Shown piece after piece: positions 1 through 9,221 of a DNA stretch of 64,000 nucleotides. The position numbers and the translations under genes are program-made. Under the pieces are notes generated by a model. It made no database searches, was not told where the DNA came from, and saw only the letters and a list, made by a program, of their open reading frames with translations. How positions within the stretch are numbered: position 1 is the first letter of the stretch; each line of letters opens with the position of its first letter. Origin of the DNA: a virus; IMG/VR virus record IMGVR_UViG_3300005673_000003, positions 84,729 through 148,728 of that record. One strand, 5' to 3'.

Positions 1-392
1 GAGACGAATTCTGCTTCGTTTTTTTCGAGCGCATTTTTTTCATATTAGCCATAGTTGAAAAACCCATCATCATCTTGCCATCGATTCTAACAAAATTGGA
101 GTTTTTTACAATGTCATTTACAAAAGTTTACACGCTGAAGAGAGTTAATGGAGGCTGAATATTACGCCAGTAGCAAATAACACATCCCAGCCGTCTGCCG
201 TGAAACTTTGCAAACAATTTACAGTAGAAGGAGGTTTTTTGCGCTCCAAAGATTTATCCTGTAAAGGGTTATACATCCCTATTCGATCAAAAATATCCGC
301 CAAAAGAGGTAGATATTTTACGATAGGGGAGAAGTCGTGCATTCCCTTAGCTGCTAGCTCGTCTGTCTTTCTTAGCTTTTTAAGTTTTAACA

Positions 393-836
393 ATGAGTAA
401 CTTACCTGAAAATCAAGTTCATCTAGAAGCAGGGCATTCGGATTCTAAATTGGCACAATCCGAATCATCGCAAGCAGAGGAACCTGAGCCGATTACAAAA
501 CCCTCACTAGAAGATTTCATGCTCCTCGCGTTAACAGATCTAGAGGGTCTGACCGGAGTTGATTCCTCCGATTGGAGTCGCTGGTTCAACGGTGCTTTAC
601 TATCGGAGCGCATTTTAATCAAAGCCGCAGAACCCCTTGGATTAACCGCTGGGCAACTTCTAGACTTCATCTCTCGCAGGCGTGAAGCTACGCTCGGCCT
701 GCGAAAAGCTGGGAGGAAATTCACCCCAAAAGAAATGCAACTGGTAATCAATCGGCAATCAAAAAAGGGCCAGGGCGGAACAGGAAATTCAGGAGGCAAG
801 TCTAAAGCTTCCAGCCTGGAATCCGTTTGCGCCTAA
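393..836 (+). CDS. HTH (XRE-like) transcriptional regulator
   Basis: LTDLEGLTGVDSSDWSRWFNG resembles an XRE HTH; lies upstream of the replication genes. Confidence 0.5.
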   Translation: MSNLPENQVHLEAGHSDSKLAQSESSQAEEPEPITKPSLEDFMLLALTDLEGLTGVDSSDWSRWFNGALLSERILIKAAEPLGLTAGQLLDFISRRREATLGLRKAGRKFTPKEMQLVINRQSKKGQGGTGNSGGKSKASSLESVCA

Positions 837-844
837 ATAAAAAT

Positions 845-864
845 GGGAGGGGTGAACCCCTCCC
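845..864 (+). terminator. GC-rich hairpin after the regulator gene
   Basis: GGGAGGGG-TGAA-CCCCTCCC perfect stem; preceded by an A-tract, so it may act on the - strand. Confidence 0.5.
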
Positions 865-1235
865 AGCAATAATCAATCAATTAATCGTCGGAAAGGCAGA
901 GCGGAATCAACTTCTACGTAACGAGAAGAAGTTATCAAAGCCCGTCTTTTAGACTCTTAACTTCCCTCACTATATACAAGATCCAGAGAGGCTTGCAACT
1001 CGCTCTACGGGCCGCTTGTAGCAAGATCCAATGTCATGATGACAGGTTACGCTGTATAAAATATTGCAAGCTGTACGGATGCGGCTTGCAAGTAAAGGGC
1101 TAGGGGTGGATCAAAAAATAAAAAGAAAGATCCCTTTGCTAAAAATTTGGATCAGGCTACAATCTTGATCGGTAAAGCCTGGGTGAGCGGCTATCTGGCC
1201 TAAAAATTAATCAATTTTTGACCCCCAAATAGCAA

Positions 1236-1268
1236 ATCACCCCCAGAGTTAGCCGCTCTGGAGGTTTT
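1236..1268. promoter_or_regulatory. hairpin in the replication-gene leader
   Basis: CCAGAG-TTAGCCG-CTCTGG stem followed by GTTTT. Confidence 0.35.
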
Positions 1269-1538
1269 ATTAGTCAAATTTATTTTTCCTAACCATTCAA
1301 ACAAAAGCACTCAAGGAGAACTTCGATTGAATTTCAGTCGTATGATAACCATCCCTCTCAGGAGGTTTCAGCTCGTATGATAACACTACGCGCTAGAGAT
1401 TGCCATAGGGCAGGCAATATTTTTTCTAATGGGAGCAGCCGTTGGTACCAGGGGTATCAGCGGTTTTGTCGTGCGTTTGCGGCTTTCAATAATCAATCAA
1501 TAATCAATCAATAATCATCGGAACCGGAGTAGGTTTAT

Positions 1539-1886
1539 ATGTTTGCGAGTTCGTGTTTTAGTTTTCCGGCAGGCGATAGATGCCTGACTATCCGGGAAAG
1601 CTTAGTCAAAATTTGCGATGGAAATGCGTGCGCTGCCGCGATCGTGCAGCTGCTTAATGAAGTCGAGGCTTATTCTCGAATCGCGGAAGGCCAGGGGAAG
1701 CCTGCCTGCTATATGGCATCCAGCGATATAGCTGATCAATTGTTTTTTACCTGGCATCAGGTAACGATTTCAGACGCAATCCGCTTTTTAGAAGAGAAGG
1801 GATTTGTAGAAACCGATTACAATACAGCCTCGCTGGTTGTGAAATCCGTCAATCAAGCCCTGGAAGCATTGGGAGGCGAGTCATGA
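1539..1886 (+). CDS. short winged-helix protein, paralogue of the N-terminus of the downstream initiator
   Basis: SCFSFPAGDRCLTIRESLVKICDGNACAAAIV aligns with SCIRFPKNDPFAIIRNCLRVICDENGCAAAIL; LEEKGF aligns with LVEKGY. Confidence 0.55.
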   Translation: MFASSCFSFPAGDRCLTIRESLVKICDGNACAAAIVQLLNEVEAYSRIAEGQGKPACYMASSDIADQLFFTWHQVTISDAIRFLEEKGFVETDYNTASLVVKSVNQALEALGGES

Positions 1887-3316
1887 CGCACGCTAATACC
1901 GTCCAGAGGACTAGCTGCATTAGGTTCCCCAAAAATGATCCTTTCGCGATAATCAGAAACTGCTTAAGGGTTATCTGTGATGAGAATGGATGCGCGGCTG
2001 CAATCCTAAACAATCTTATATCTTGGCATGACAGCAAGTTAAGCTATCTACCTCAAGCAAAACAGAAAAACCGTGTAGCAGAGATGCATGGAGATGAGGG
2101 CACCCAGGATACATCTCTGCTTGTGTACCTTACAGAGCAGGATTTAATCGATGCAGGTATCAGGGAATGGAAGAAGGATTCAATCAGGAAGGCTATCAAA
2201 ATCCTGGTGGAAAAAGGCTATGCATCCATTCACAGTAATCCCAACCCCAGATACAGCTTCGATAAAACTCGATATTTCTTGCTACATCCAGAACCTGTTC
2301 AAAAAGCTCTGGATGAATTCGAGTATGGAGAGCCGGAACCCGATGAGCCAAAAACCGATGATCGGCGGTCGGAAAAACAATATCGAGAGGTTGGGGAAGC
2401 CAAAACCCTTGATACGGGAGAATTTGAAGCGGATCAGCTAGGTCAAGAAGCGGAAAACCAGCAATCGAAAGCGGAAATCCGCTCACGACAATCGGGGAAT
2501 CAATCGTCGCAATCGGAAAACGAATTATATACAAAGATCCATTCCTTAGATCCTTGCTTAGATCCCTCTCCCCCCTTTAATCCCCCCAACGGGGAGAATG
2601 GGGAGGGAGGTGCTTCGCAACCGGATCAAGAATCCGAACCGGAACAGCCAGCAATCATTCCTCCTCTTGCTGCGATTCCGGATCAGCAAGAATCTGGCAC
2701 ACAACCAGAAGGCTCTATACCGGACAAATATTCCGCTGCCGCCGATTTTGTTTTTGAGGAGAAATTTGCTCCTGATGCAAAGTGGTGGCCCGTCCATGAG
2801 GCTCCCTGGAGAAAAGATTTGATCAACTTCAAGGACTCCATGATCCAGGCTTTCCTTACGGTGCATCCCCGAAATTCAAGCGATTGGTACTGGTTAGAGA
2901 ACGGCAGTCCGAATGTATGGCAGGTTGAATCCAAGCTCCAGAAATTGGAGGGAGGCGCAAGGATGCTGACTCTGGATGGCACTTCCCTGGATGCACGCGC
3001 TAAACTCCTCAAGCTTTGGGAGATAGCTCAGCAAATCGAAAACGGGGAACTGCAGGTAGCTAGCACTGGGCAGGCATCCAAGCAGCTCCTGCCAGTCGAT
3101 GAATACGAACGGATTAAGCAGCAAGCGATCGCCCAATCAGAACAGCGGCTGCAGGAGACGGAAGCTCTGGTTAATCAAGCTAAGCCAATCAAGCCAGCCG
3201 CAGAGCTGCCAGCAGCATCGCAATTAGATCCAATCCAGCAAGCGAGGATTGCTAGAACGCAAGCTGCAACCGTAGATCGCTCTCGTGCCACGCTCAGAAA
3301 GCGAATTGCAATCTAA
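1883..3316 (+). CDS. putative phage/plasmid replication initiator (wHTH N-terminus, repeat-rich linker)
   Basis: wHTH-like SIRKAIKILVEKGY; low-complexity linker with 21-bp repeats; directly upstream of dnaB (lambda O-P-like layout). Confidence 0.6.
   Translation: MTHANTVQRTSCIRFPKNDPFAIIRNCLRVICDENGCAAAILNNLISWHDSKLSYLPQAKQKNRVAEMHGDEGTQDTSLLVYLTEQDLIDAGIREWKKDSIRKAIKILVEKGYASIHSNPNPRYSFDKTRYFLLHPEPVQKALDEFEYGEPEPDEPKTDDRRSEKQYREVGEAKTLDTGEFEADQLGQEAENQQSKAEIRSRQSGNQSSQSENELYTKIHSLDPCLDPSPPFNPPNGENGEGGASQPDQESEPEQPAIIPPLAAIPDQQESGTQPEGSIPDKYSAAADFVFEEKFAPDAKWWPVHEAPWRKDLINFKDSMIQAFLTVHPRNSSDWYWLENGSPNVWQVESKLQKLEGGARMLTLDGTSLDARAKLLKLWEIAQQIENGELQVASTGQASKQLLPVDEYERIKQQAIAQSEQRLQETEALVNQAKPIKPAAELPAASQLDPIQQARIARTQAATVDRSRATLRKRIAI
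2426..2530 (+). repeat. five degenerate 21-bp iteron-like repeats (candidate origin)
   Basis: units start at 2426, 2447, 2468, 2489, 2510 (GAAGCGGA/GAAGCGGA/AAAGCGGA/CAATCGGG/CAATCGGA); three AGATCC follow at ~2534-2565. Confidence 0.5.
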
Positions 3317-3367
3317 TTCCCGCAACGATTTCAAGCAATAAATCAATCAATTATTCGGAGAAGTAAC

Positions 3368-4762
3368 ATGGATTCTGCAAAGTTTAATTCTGGAAAAAAC
3401 TCTGGAGCTGGAACGCTGGTCAGCCTGCAAGGTGGGAGCCGCCCTCAATCGCTGCATGACGAGGAAGGGGAAGCCTTCGTGATTGGGGCTATCCTGCTAG
3501 ATCCTGACCGGGTGTATGACGTTTTTGAGCAGATTCCCCACCCAGAGGCGTTTTACTCGGAGTCCCATCGCACTATTTATGCTGCTCAGCTTAAGTTAGC
3601 AATGGACGGGAGCCTGCCAGATCTGCCAGCGGTCGCTACCCAACTGAAGAAGAGTGGGGAGCTAGAGCAGGTAGGAGGCCGCGCTTTCTTGGCAGAGTTG
3701 ATGGATGGCTGTCTATCCAGCGCTGGAGTAGAGATAGCGGCAGGGGGAGTGCAAGAGTTCTTTGTACGCCGCAAATTACGCGCTATAAGCTTCGATAATG
3801 GCAAGTTGGCAGAAGACCTCACAATCCCGATCGCGCAAGTCCTAGAGCGTTCAGAACAGGCTCTGTACGGTGTAGATTCTGGGGTGGTGGATGACTGCTT
3901 AAAATCCCCTCAAGAATTAGCTTCGACTTTGAGGCTAGTCTATGCAACCGGAAAATCGCCTGGGATGGCCTCTGGCTTCCTCGACTACGATGCCCTGACC
4001 GGAGGATGGTTCCCTGGGCAGCTCAATATCGTGGCCGCTCCTACGGGCCTTGGGAAATCTCAATTCGTGATTGCCTCAGCCATCAACTTTGCCCGGAAGC
4101 ATAACCTGCCCTGCTTCATCTTTTCGTGCGAAATGACTGCTGAGGAAGTGGGTCACCGCATCGTTGCAAACCTATCGACGATTGATAGTGATTTACTGAT
4201 TCAGTGCAAACCCCTGTCTCCTGCAGATGCTGCAAAGCGCGATCGCGCAGTAGATCAACTAGAAAATCATCTACCAATCTACGTTTTTGAGATGGCATCT
4301 CCATCGGTCGGATTAATCCGGCAGGTGTTGCGGCGTGCCAGTATGCAATATGGAAAACTGGGCCTGGTTATTCTGGATTACCTGCAACTGGCAGGCAACG
4401 AAGAGGGCGAAAGAAGCGGCACCCGAGCAGAGGAGCTAGATAAAATCGCTAGAGCCTGCAAAGGTGCAGCAATCCAATTCAAAGTCCCGTTTATTGCAGT
4501 TTCCCAAGTTAAACGAGCGGTAGCTGACCGCCAGAATAAGCGGCCCCAGGTCAGCGACTTGAAGGAATCGGGAGCGCTGGAGAACCATGCTAACCGGATC
4601 ATCATGCTCCATAACGATTACTACTATGACCCTCAGAATGCAGTTGATAAGGGGTTAATTGAAGTCATCGTAGCCAAGAATCGTAACGGCAAAAAAGGTG
4701 ATTGCAAGATGATTTTCTTGCCAGAGTTCAGTCAGTTCCTAGACATATCCAAGTCTTATTAG
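3368..4762 (+). CDS. dnaB: replicative DNA helicase DnaB
   Basis: DnaB N-domain, Walker A AAPTGLGKS, LDYLQL, RPQVSDLKESGALE, AKNRNG. Confidence 0.95.
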   Translation: MDSAKFNSGKNSGAGTLVSLQGGSRPQSLHDEEGEAFVIGAILLDPDRVYDVFEQIPHPEAFYSESHRTIYAAQLKLAMDGSLPDLPAVATQLKKSGELEQVGGRAFLAELMDGCLSSAGVEIAAGGVQEFFVRRKLRAISFDNGKLAEDLTIPIAQVLERSEQALYGVDSGVVDDCLKSPQELASTLRLVYATGKSPGMASGFLDYDALTGGWFPGQLNIVAAPTGLGKSQFVIASAINFARKHNLPCFIFSCEMTAEEVGHRIVANLSTIDSDLLIQCKPLSPADAAKRDRAVDQLENHLPIYVFEMASPSVGLIRQVLRRASMQYGKLGLVILDYLQLAGNEEGERSGTRAEELDKIARACKGAAIQFKVPFIAVSQVKRAVADRQNKRPQVSDLKESGALENHANRIIMLHNDYYYDPQNAVDKGLIEVIVAKNRNGKKGDCKMIFLPEFSQFLDISKSY

Positions 4763-4899
4763 AGTCTGCTTGCGAGATTCTTGCATGATTGGGTATTGCT
4801 TTACACTTACTGAATCAGCATCCAATCAGCTTGAATTCAGGGTCATCCTAAAGACTGATTTTCCCAGGGTGCTTTTATGCTGTGCCCTTTGCAACACGG

Positions 4900-5062
4900 C
4901 AATAATCGATCAATTATTAACTATTGAATTGGCGAATTATCAGATCAAGATAAGATCAAACCTCTTTCCAACAAAGGATCAAAATAAGATCGAGATGGGA
5001 TCAAAATAGGATCTAGCTCAGATCTTGATAAGATCTAGACCATTTTCAAAATAGGATCTATT
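4900..5062. repeat. GATC-dense intergenic repeat cluster
   Basis: about 10 GATC in ~160 bp; GGATCAAAATA twice and AAAATAGGATCTA twice. Confidence 0.55.
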
Positions 5063-5160
5063 ATCTAGATTGATAGATAATTACTTTTTGGAGGTTTGAG
5101 GATAGGGTTTTTCTAACTTGCATCTGTTGACCGTAATCCATAGCTTCGAGGGATTAAAAG

Positions 5161-5790
5161 ATGCTGTACACTGCTTCTTGGAAAAAGGGAAAAGATTACA
5201 TTCACGGCCAAGCTTATTCGATCAGCCTAAAGGCTCCTCGAAATCTCGATTTTCCGATTGAGCACTTAGATTTTTTTAAGCCCACTCAAGGACTGCTGGA
5301 TTTCTGGTATCAATCAGATAAATCCGAGCAGGCATGGCAGGAATACGAATCCCGATATTGGAAGCTAATCTTAGCTCCAGAGCGGAAAAATCCAATCATG
5401 TCCTGGCTCAATAGTTTGCCGCCGCAAAAAGATTGTACGCTCTGCTGTTTTGAGGTTAGTAATCGCTACTGTCACCGACGCTTAGTAGAGCTAATCATCA
5501 GAAAATATCGGCCAGAGCTATGGGTGGGTGACAGTATCCGCGCTACTCTGGAGATTGGCGATAGGGTAGAGCATAAACTGTTGCCTCAGAAAGGGATTGG
5601 AACCGTTCTTGACCGGATGGCAACATTAGCTTATGTAATCTGGGATGATCTACCTCTTGGGGCTGTTCGCTCGGTTGTTCATCCAGTTAAAAGTGGGAAT
5701 TACTACAACCAGATAGGCAATCCGTTACCCTACCCAGGCAACCTTTTGCGGCGAATCGAGGAAAGCAATAATCAATCGATTAAAGGATAG
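5161..5790 (+). CDS. DUF488-family protein with C-terminal SH3-like segment
   Basis: MLYTAS...KPT...WQEYESRY...TLCCFE...CHRRLV pattern. Confidence 0.7.
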   Translation: MLYTASWKKGKDYIHGQAYSISLKAPRNLDFPIEHLDFFKPTQGLLDFWYQSDKSEQAWQEYESRYWKLILAPERKNPIMSWLNSLPPQKDCTLCCFEVSNRYCHRRLVELIIRKYRPELWVGDSIRATLEIGDRVEHKLLPQKGIGTVLDRMATLAYVIWDDLPLGAVRSVVHPVKSGNYYNQIGNPLPYPGNLLRRIEESNNQSIKG

Positions 5791-5796
5791 TAGGCA

Positions 5797-6672
5797 ATGA
5801 GCGAAAAAACCGCGATCCAATGGGCGAGGCACACATACAATCACTGGATTGGGTGCGCTAAAATCTCTGAGGCTTGCAGCGATTGCTACGCAATCAACTC
5901 AACCCCTGTGCGAGTATTTGGTATCCAGTGGGGAACAGGGAAGCCTCGCTATTTAACAAGCGAGGAAAACCGGAAAAAGCCCTTAACTTGGAACCGAGTA
6001 GCTGAAGGGGTGGAGGAGCCAGTTCGAGTTTTTGGAAATAGCTTGAACGATTGGCTTGACGAGGAGGTTGATCCTTGCTGGTTAAGCCAATACCTTATGC
6101 TCATCCATCGCTGCCGGAATTTAATCTGGATGCTCTTATCTAAAAGGCCGGAGAATTGGAGAGATAGGATCGAAAAGGCTCTTAGATGCCTGGAGGCTGA
6201 AAAGGATGATCCAGAAAAAGAAACCGAGCATCATGCTGGCACGATCGCTATGTTAAAACGCTGGCTGCAAGGCACCGCTCCGGGGCATATCTGGGTAGGT
6301 TCTACCACCGAGAATCAGCGCTGGGCAGATGAGCGGATCCCGGCATTAATGCAAATTCCAGCCGCTATCCGCTTTCTGTCTGTAGAGCCGATGTACGGGC
6401 CGTTGCAGATTCAAAGCTACCTAAAAACTGGATTGATCCATTGGGTGATCTGTGGAGGCGAGTCGAAGCAGAAGCGGAGCGAGGCTCAACCCTTTATCAT
6501 TGGTGATGCTCAAAGTTTGATGAGCCAGTGCCGAGATGCTGGGGTGAGCTTCTTCTTCAAGCAATTCGGCTCCAATCCGATTGGCTTGGATTACAAGCTG
6601 AAGGATAAAAAAGGCGGCAATATCGTTGAATTCCCGGAGGAATTCCAGGTGCAGGAATTCCCAATTAGCTGA
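5797..6672 (+). CDS. phage Gp37/Gp68 (DUF5131) family protein
   Basis: TAIQW, GCAKISEACSDCYA, LLSKRPEN, RFLSVEP, WVICGGES, FFKQFG. Confidence 0.9.
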   Translation: MSEKTAIQWARHTYNHWIGCAKISEACSDCYAINSTPVRVFGIQWGTGKPRYLTSEENRKKPLTWNRVAEGVEEPVRVFGNSLNDWLDEEVDPCWLSQYLMLIHRCRNLIWMLLSKRPENWRDRIEKALRCLEAEKDDPEKETEHHAGTIAMLKRWLQGTAPGHIWVGSTTENQRWADERIPALMQIPAAIRFLSVEPMYGPLQIQSYLKTGLIHWVICGGESKQKRSEAQPFIIGDAQSLMSQCRDAGVSFFFKQFGSNPIGLDYKLKDKKGGNIVEFPEEFQVQEFPIS

Positions 6673-6693
6673 ATAATTGATTGATTTTTGAGA

Positions 6694-7107
6694 TCACGGT
6701 TGAGGAGTTTGCCAAAGCACTTTCCCGACCGTGATTTTTGTATCTTTGGTGATTGGCGTGTAGGGTGATCCGATTTGCACCTGCAAGGTTGCTGTAGGGT
6801 AGCCTGTTTTCTGGTCAATATCCTTCAGTGCTGAATCTAATTTGCTGGCTGGGTCAGAGGGCTTGGATAGCAGTTTTGTGGTATCGGTAAATGTTGCCAA
6901 CCATCTCCCTTCGGTTGCAGGAGGCACCGGAGCAATGTAGGTGCATACTACCGGAGGGCAGTAGGTTTTAGATTTCGAGTTATCCACCACCGAGGCTCTT
7001 ACGACTGTATCTGCTCCTACAAGCTGCCCATTGTAAGCAACCCGGATCTTTGGGGTGAACGGCTCCCCAGCGGCCAGCTCTGGCCTATCGACAGGTTTGA
7101 ATGTCAT
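6694..7107 (-). CDS. hypothetical protein (possible virion protein)
   Basis: last ORF of the - strand structural operon. Confidence 0.5.
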   Translation of the reverse strand: MTFKPVDRPELAAGEPFTPKIRVAYNGQLVGADTVVRASVVDNSKSKTYCPPVVCTYIAPVPPATEGRWLATFTDTTKLLSKPSDPASKLDSALKDIDQKTGYPTATLQVQIGSPYTPITKDTKITVGKVLWQTPQP

Positions 7108-7600
7108 GCGGATCTACCTCTGTACTGTCCTCTAAAACTTCAATCTCAAGCTGAGCTGACTCGATCTCTACGCTAACCTGATTCGGTAGATACTCCAGCT
7201 CAATTTCTGGAGCATCAAATTCTATACCAGCTTCTGCCAAGCTAAATTCCAGTGCTGGCTCGATCGCCTTATCCAGCACTACCTCAAAATCATTTTCAGT
7301 TGCGACAATCAATTCCTCCTCCTCCTCAAATTCCAGCAATACCTCTGGGGCCGGATCAAACTCAAGCGCGACTCCTACCGGAATGAATTCCAAGCTCATT
7401 ACATCCTGCTCAATCCATACCCCAGGCAGGGATACCTCAAAAATCAGCTCTACAGCGCTCGGAGGGTCGAGGGTGATAGAAATGCAATCCGGCGTAATAG
7501 GAATCCGTCTGGGGAGCAGCAACCCGCGAGTAGCTCTCGCTACTGGCCCCAGCGTTACTCCCCTGGTCGCTCTTGAGAATGGAGTTCCTTGCCTAATCAT
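7085..7600 (-). CDS. acidic hypothetical protein
   Basis: operon-coupled; N-terminal RATRG repeat, Glu-rich. Confidence 0.55.
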   Translation of the reverse strand: MIRQGTPFSRATRGVTLGPVARATRGLLLPRRIPITPDCISITLDPPSAVELIFEVSLPGVWIEQDVMSLEFIPVGVALEFDPAPEVLLEFEEEEELIVATENDFEVVLDKAIEPALEFSLAEAGIEFDAPEIELEYLPNQVSVEIESAQLEIEVLEDSTEVDPHDIQTCR

Positions 7601-8199
7601 CTGGAATTCATCCAGCTACAGAACTGCCCAACCATTTCCCTGTCTAGCATTCCAATCGCCGCATCATTTCTTAGCATTAAAAGTGCAGAAGCGGGAGTAA
7701 GCGGCTGAGCGTATGGACGCTCCCCTACCATTGCGTCAAACATATCAGCCAAGATCAAACACCAATGTTTTGATTGCCATTCTAGAGCTTTGCAAAATTC
7801 AGGAGGGTAGCCATGCTCATTGCCCTCGTTTTCTATACCTAAAGGCAGGCGGCAATGATGGGAGCGCACCAGCTCAACAACTTCTGGCTGATTATAGAAA
7901 TGCAGAAGTAGCAGGTAGCCTTCATCTGGATGAGAGCGAATCTCAAGTAAATCTCGCTCCGTCAAGAAGTCTTTGATCTTCCAATCCAGATCCCGGTTCA
8001 TGCAAAGCAACTGGCCGAAATCGTGCAGAATCCCAGCTTCAAACAATGCTCTTTGATCTTCGACTGATAAGCCGATATGCTTAGCGAAAGCTGCCGCAAT
8101 CTTGGAAACCCTGCAACAATGAAACCATTTCCACGGACTCCAGCGAAGGAGCTGATATTCTGCAATATCTGATACTTCCCGAAAAGAAAGAAGTGTCAT
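7597..8199 (-). CDS. HD-GYP domain phosphodiesterase
   Basis: HCCRV, LHDFG, IRSHP, SHH, HGYP, ADMFDAM, RPY motifs. Confidence 0.85.
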   Translation of the reverse strand: MTLLSFREVSDIAEYQLLRWSPWKWFHCCRVSKIAAAFAKHIGLSVEDQRALFEAGILHDFGQLLCMNRDLDWKIKDFLTERDLLEIRSHPDEGYLLLLHFYNQPEVVELVRSHHCRLPLGIENEGNEHGYPPEFCKALEWQSKHWCLILADMFDAMVGERPYAQPLTPASALLMLRNDAAIGMLDREMVGQFCSWMNSR

Positions 8200-9221
8200 G
8201 GTAGGTCGCTCCGGGTAATAGTTGTTTGCATCCCGTCTGATGAAATATTTACCAATAATCGCTTACTCCCTGCAATCTGCTGAGATTCGTCAGCTATCAG
8301 AGATACGCCTGCTTTCATTCCCATGAGCGTGTAAATATCATCCAATTGCATCCCAAGCTGAGAGGCGATGATCGCGCTTACGACATTGGCTGGATTCTGC
8401 GGAGCTATTACCACTCCTCCCCCAGTAAAAGAAAATTGACTCGAAAATTGATTGATTTCTGATTGTATTATTCCAATCTGAATGAGAGTAGTATCGACGC
8501 TTGAATCGATCAGGCTAATCTGAGTGCTAATCGTTGCTACCTGAGCGATAACGGTAGTGATCATAGAATGAGCCGATTGAATCTCTGATAAGGCATCGTT
8601 TAGGGTTGTTCGATCATTACTATCGAAGCTATTGCTGGCTTGATCTCCTATGTCTGCCATCAATTTGCCAGCAGTGCCAGCCCCGGTAAACCCAGATGTA
8701 GAGCTACTCCAAACAGAATCGGCGATCGCTTGATTTCCGGCTGTCGATAAAGATCTGCCAGAATATCCCCAGACTTGCTCCGGCGTTACTCCCCCTCCTC
8801 CTCCTTGATTGACAAGGTACGAGGTTTGAATATCTGAAAATTGCGGCTCGATGATGACTGGATTTGATAGCCCATTTAACTCGTAAATCGGCAAGCCAGC
8901 ATCTTCCCCGAAGAGATTTGCTCCGCTGAACCGGATGACGTGATGATAATCGGCAGGGACTATCCTCCAATTCATCCCATTTTGATTCTGCAAGTAAATA
9001 TCTGCTGTTGCATAGACCTGATTCCCCAAGAGATCGACAAATCGCCTTCCTCCTCCAGACTGCCGGAAAGGGAATCGATATTTCAGATTATCGGATTCCC
9101 CCCACCAAATTTCTCCAGCACTCCACAAATCTCTCAATACATCATAAGTGGCGATTATCGGACTCCCCGGCAACGCCTGCTCTGTAATTGTTCGAGTGGG
9201 GCCATCAAAAATAAACGGCAT
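8196..9221 (-). CDS. putative virion protein
   Basis: IADSVW/AGTAGK-type segments and coiled coil; in structural operon. Confidence 0.5.
   Translation of the reverse strand: MPFIFDGPTRTITEQALPGSPIIATYDVLRDLWSAGEIWWGESDNLKYRFPFRQSGGGRRFVDLLGNQVYATADIYLQNQNGMNWRIVPADYHHVIRFSGANLFGEDAGLPIYELNGLSNPVIIEPQFSDIQTSYLVNQGGGGGVTPEQVWGYSGRSLSTAGNQAIADSVWSSSTSGFTGAGTAGKLMADIGDQASNSFDSNDRTTLNDALSEIQSAHSMITTVIAQVATISTQISLIDSSVDTTLIQIGIIQSEINQFSSQFSFTGGGVVIAPQNPANVVSAIIASQLGMQLDDIYTLMGMKAGVSLIADESQQIAGSKRLLVNISSDGMQTTITRSDLP

Noticed and set aside
145-400. two short overlapping ORFs at the window start
   Set aside because: No motifs; AT-rich promoter-like region
4770-5009. 79-aa ORF after dnaB
   Set aside because: TTG start with no RBS; runs through the GATC repeat cluster
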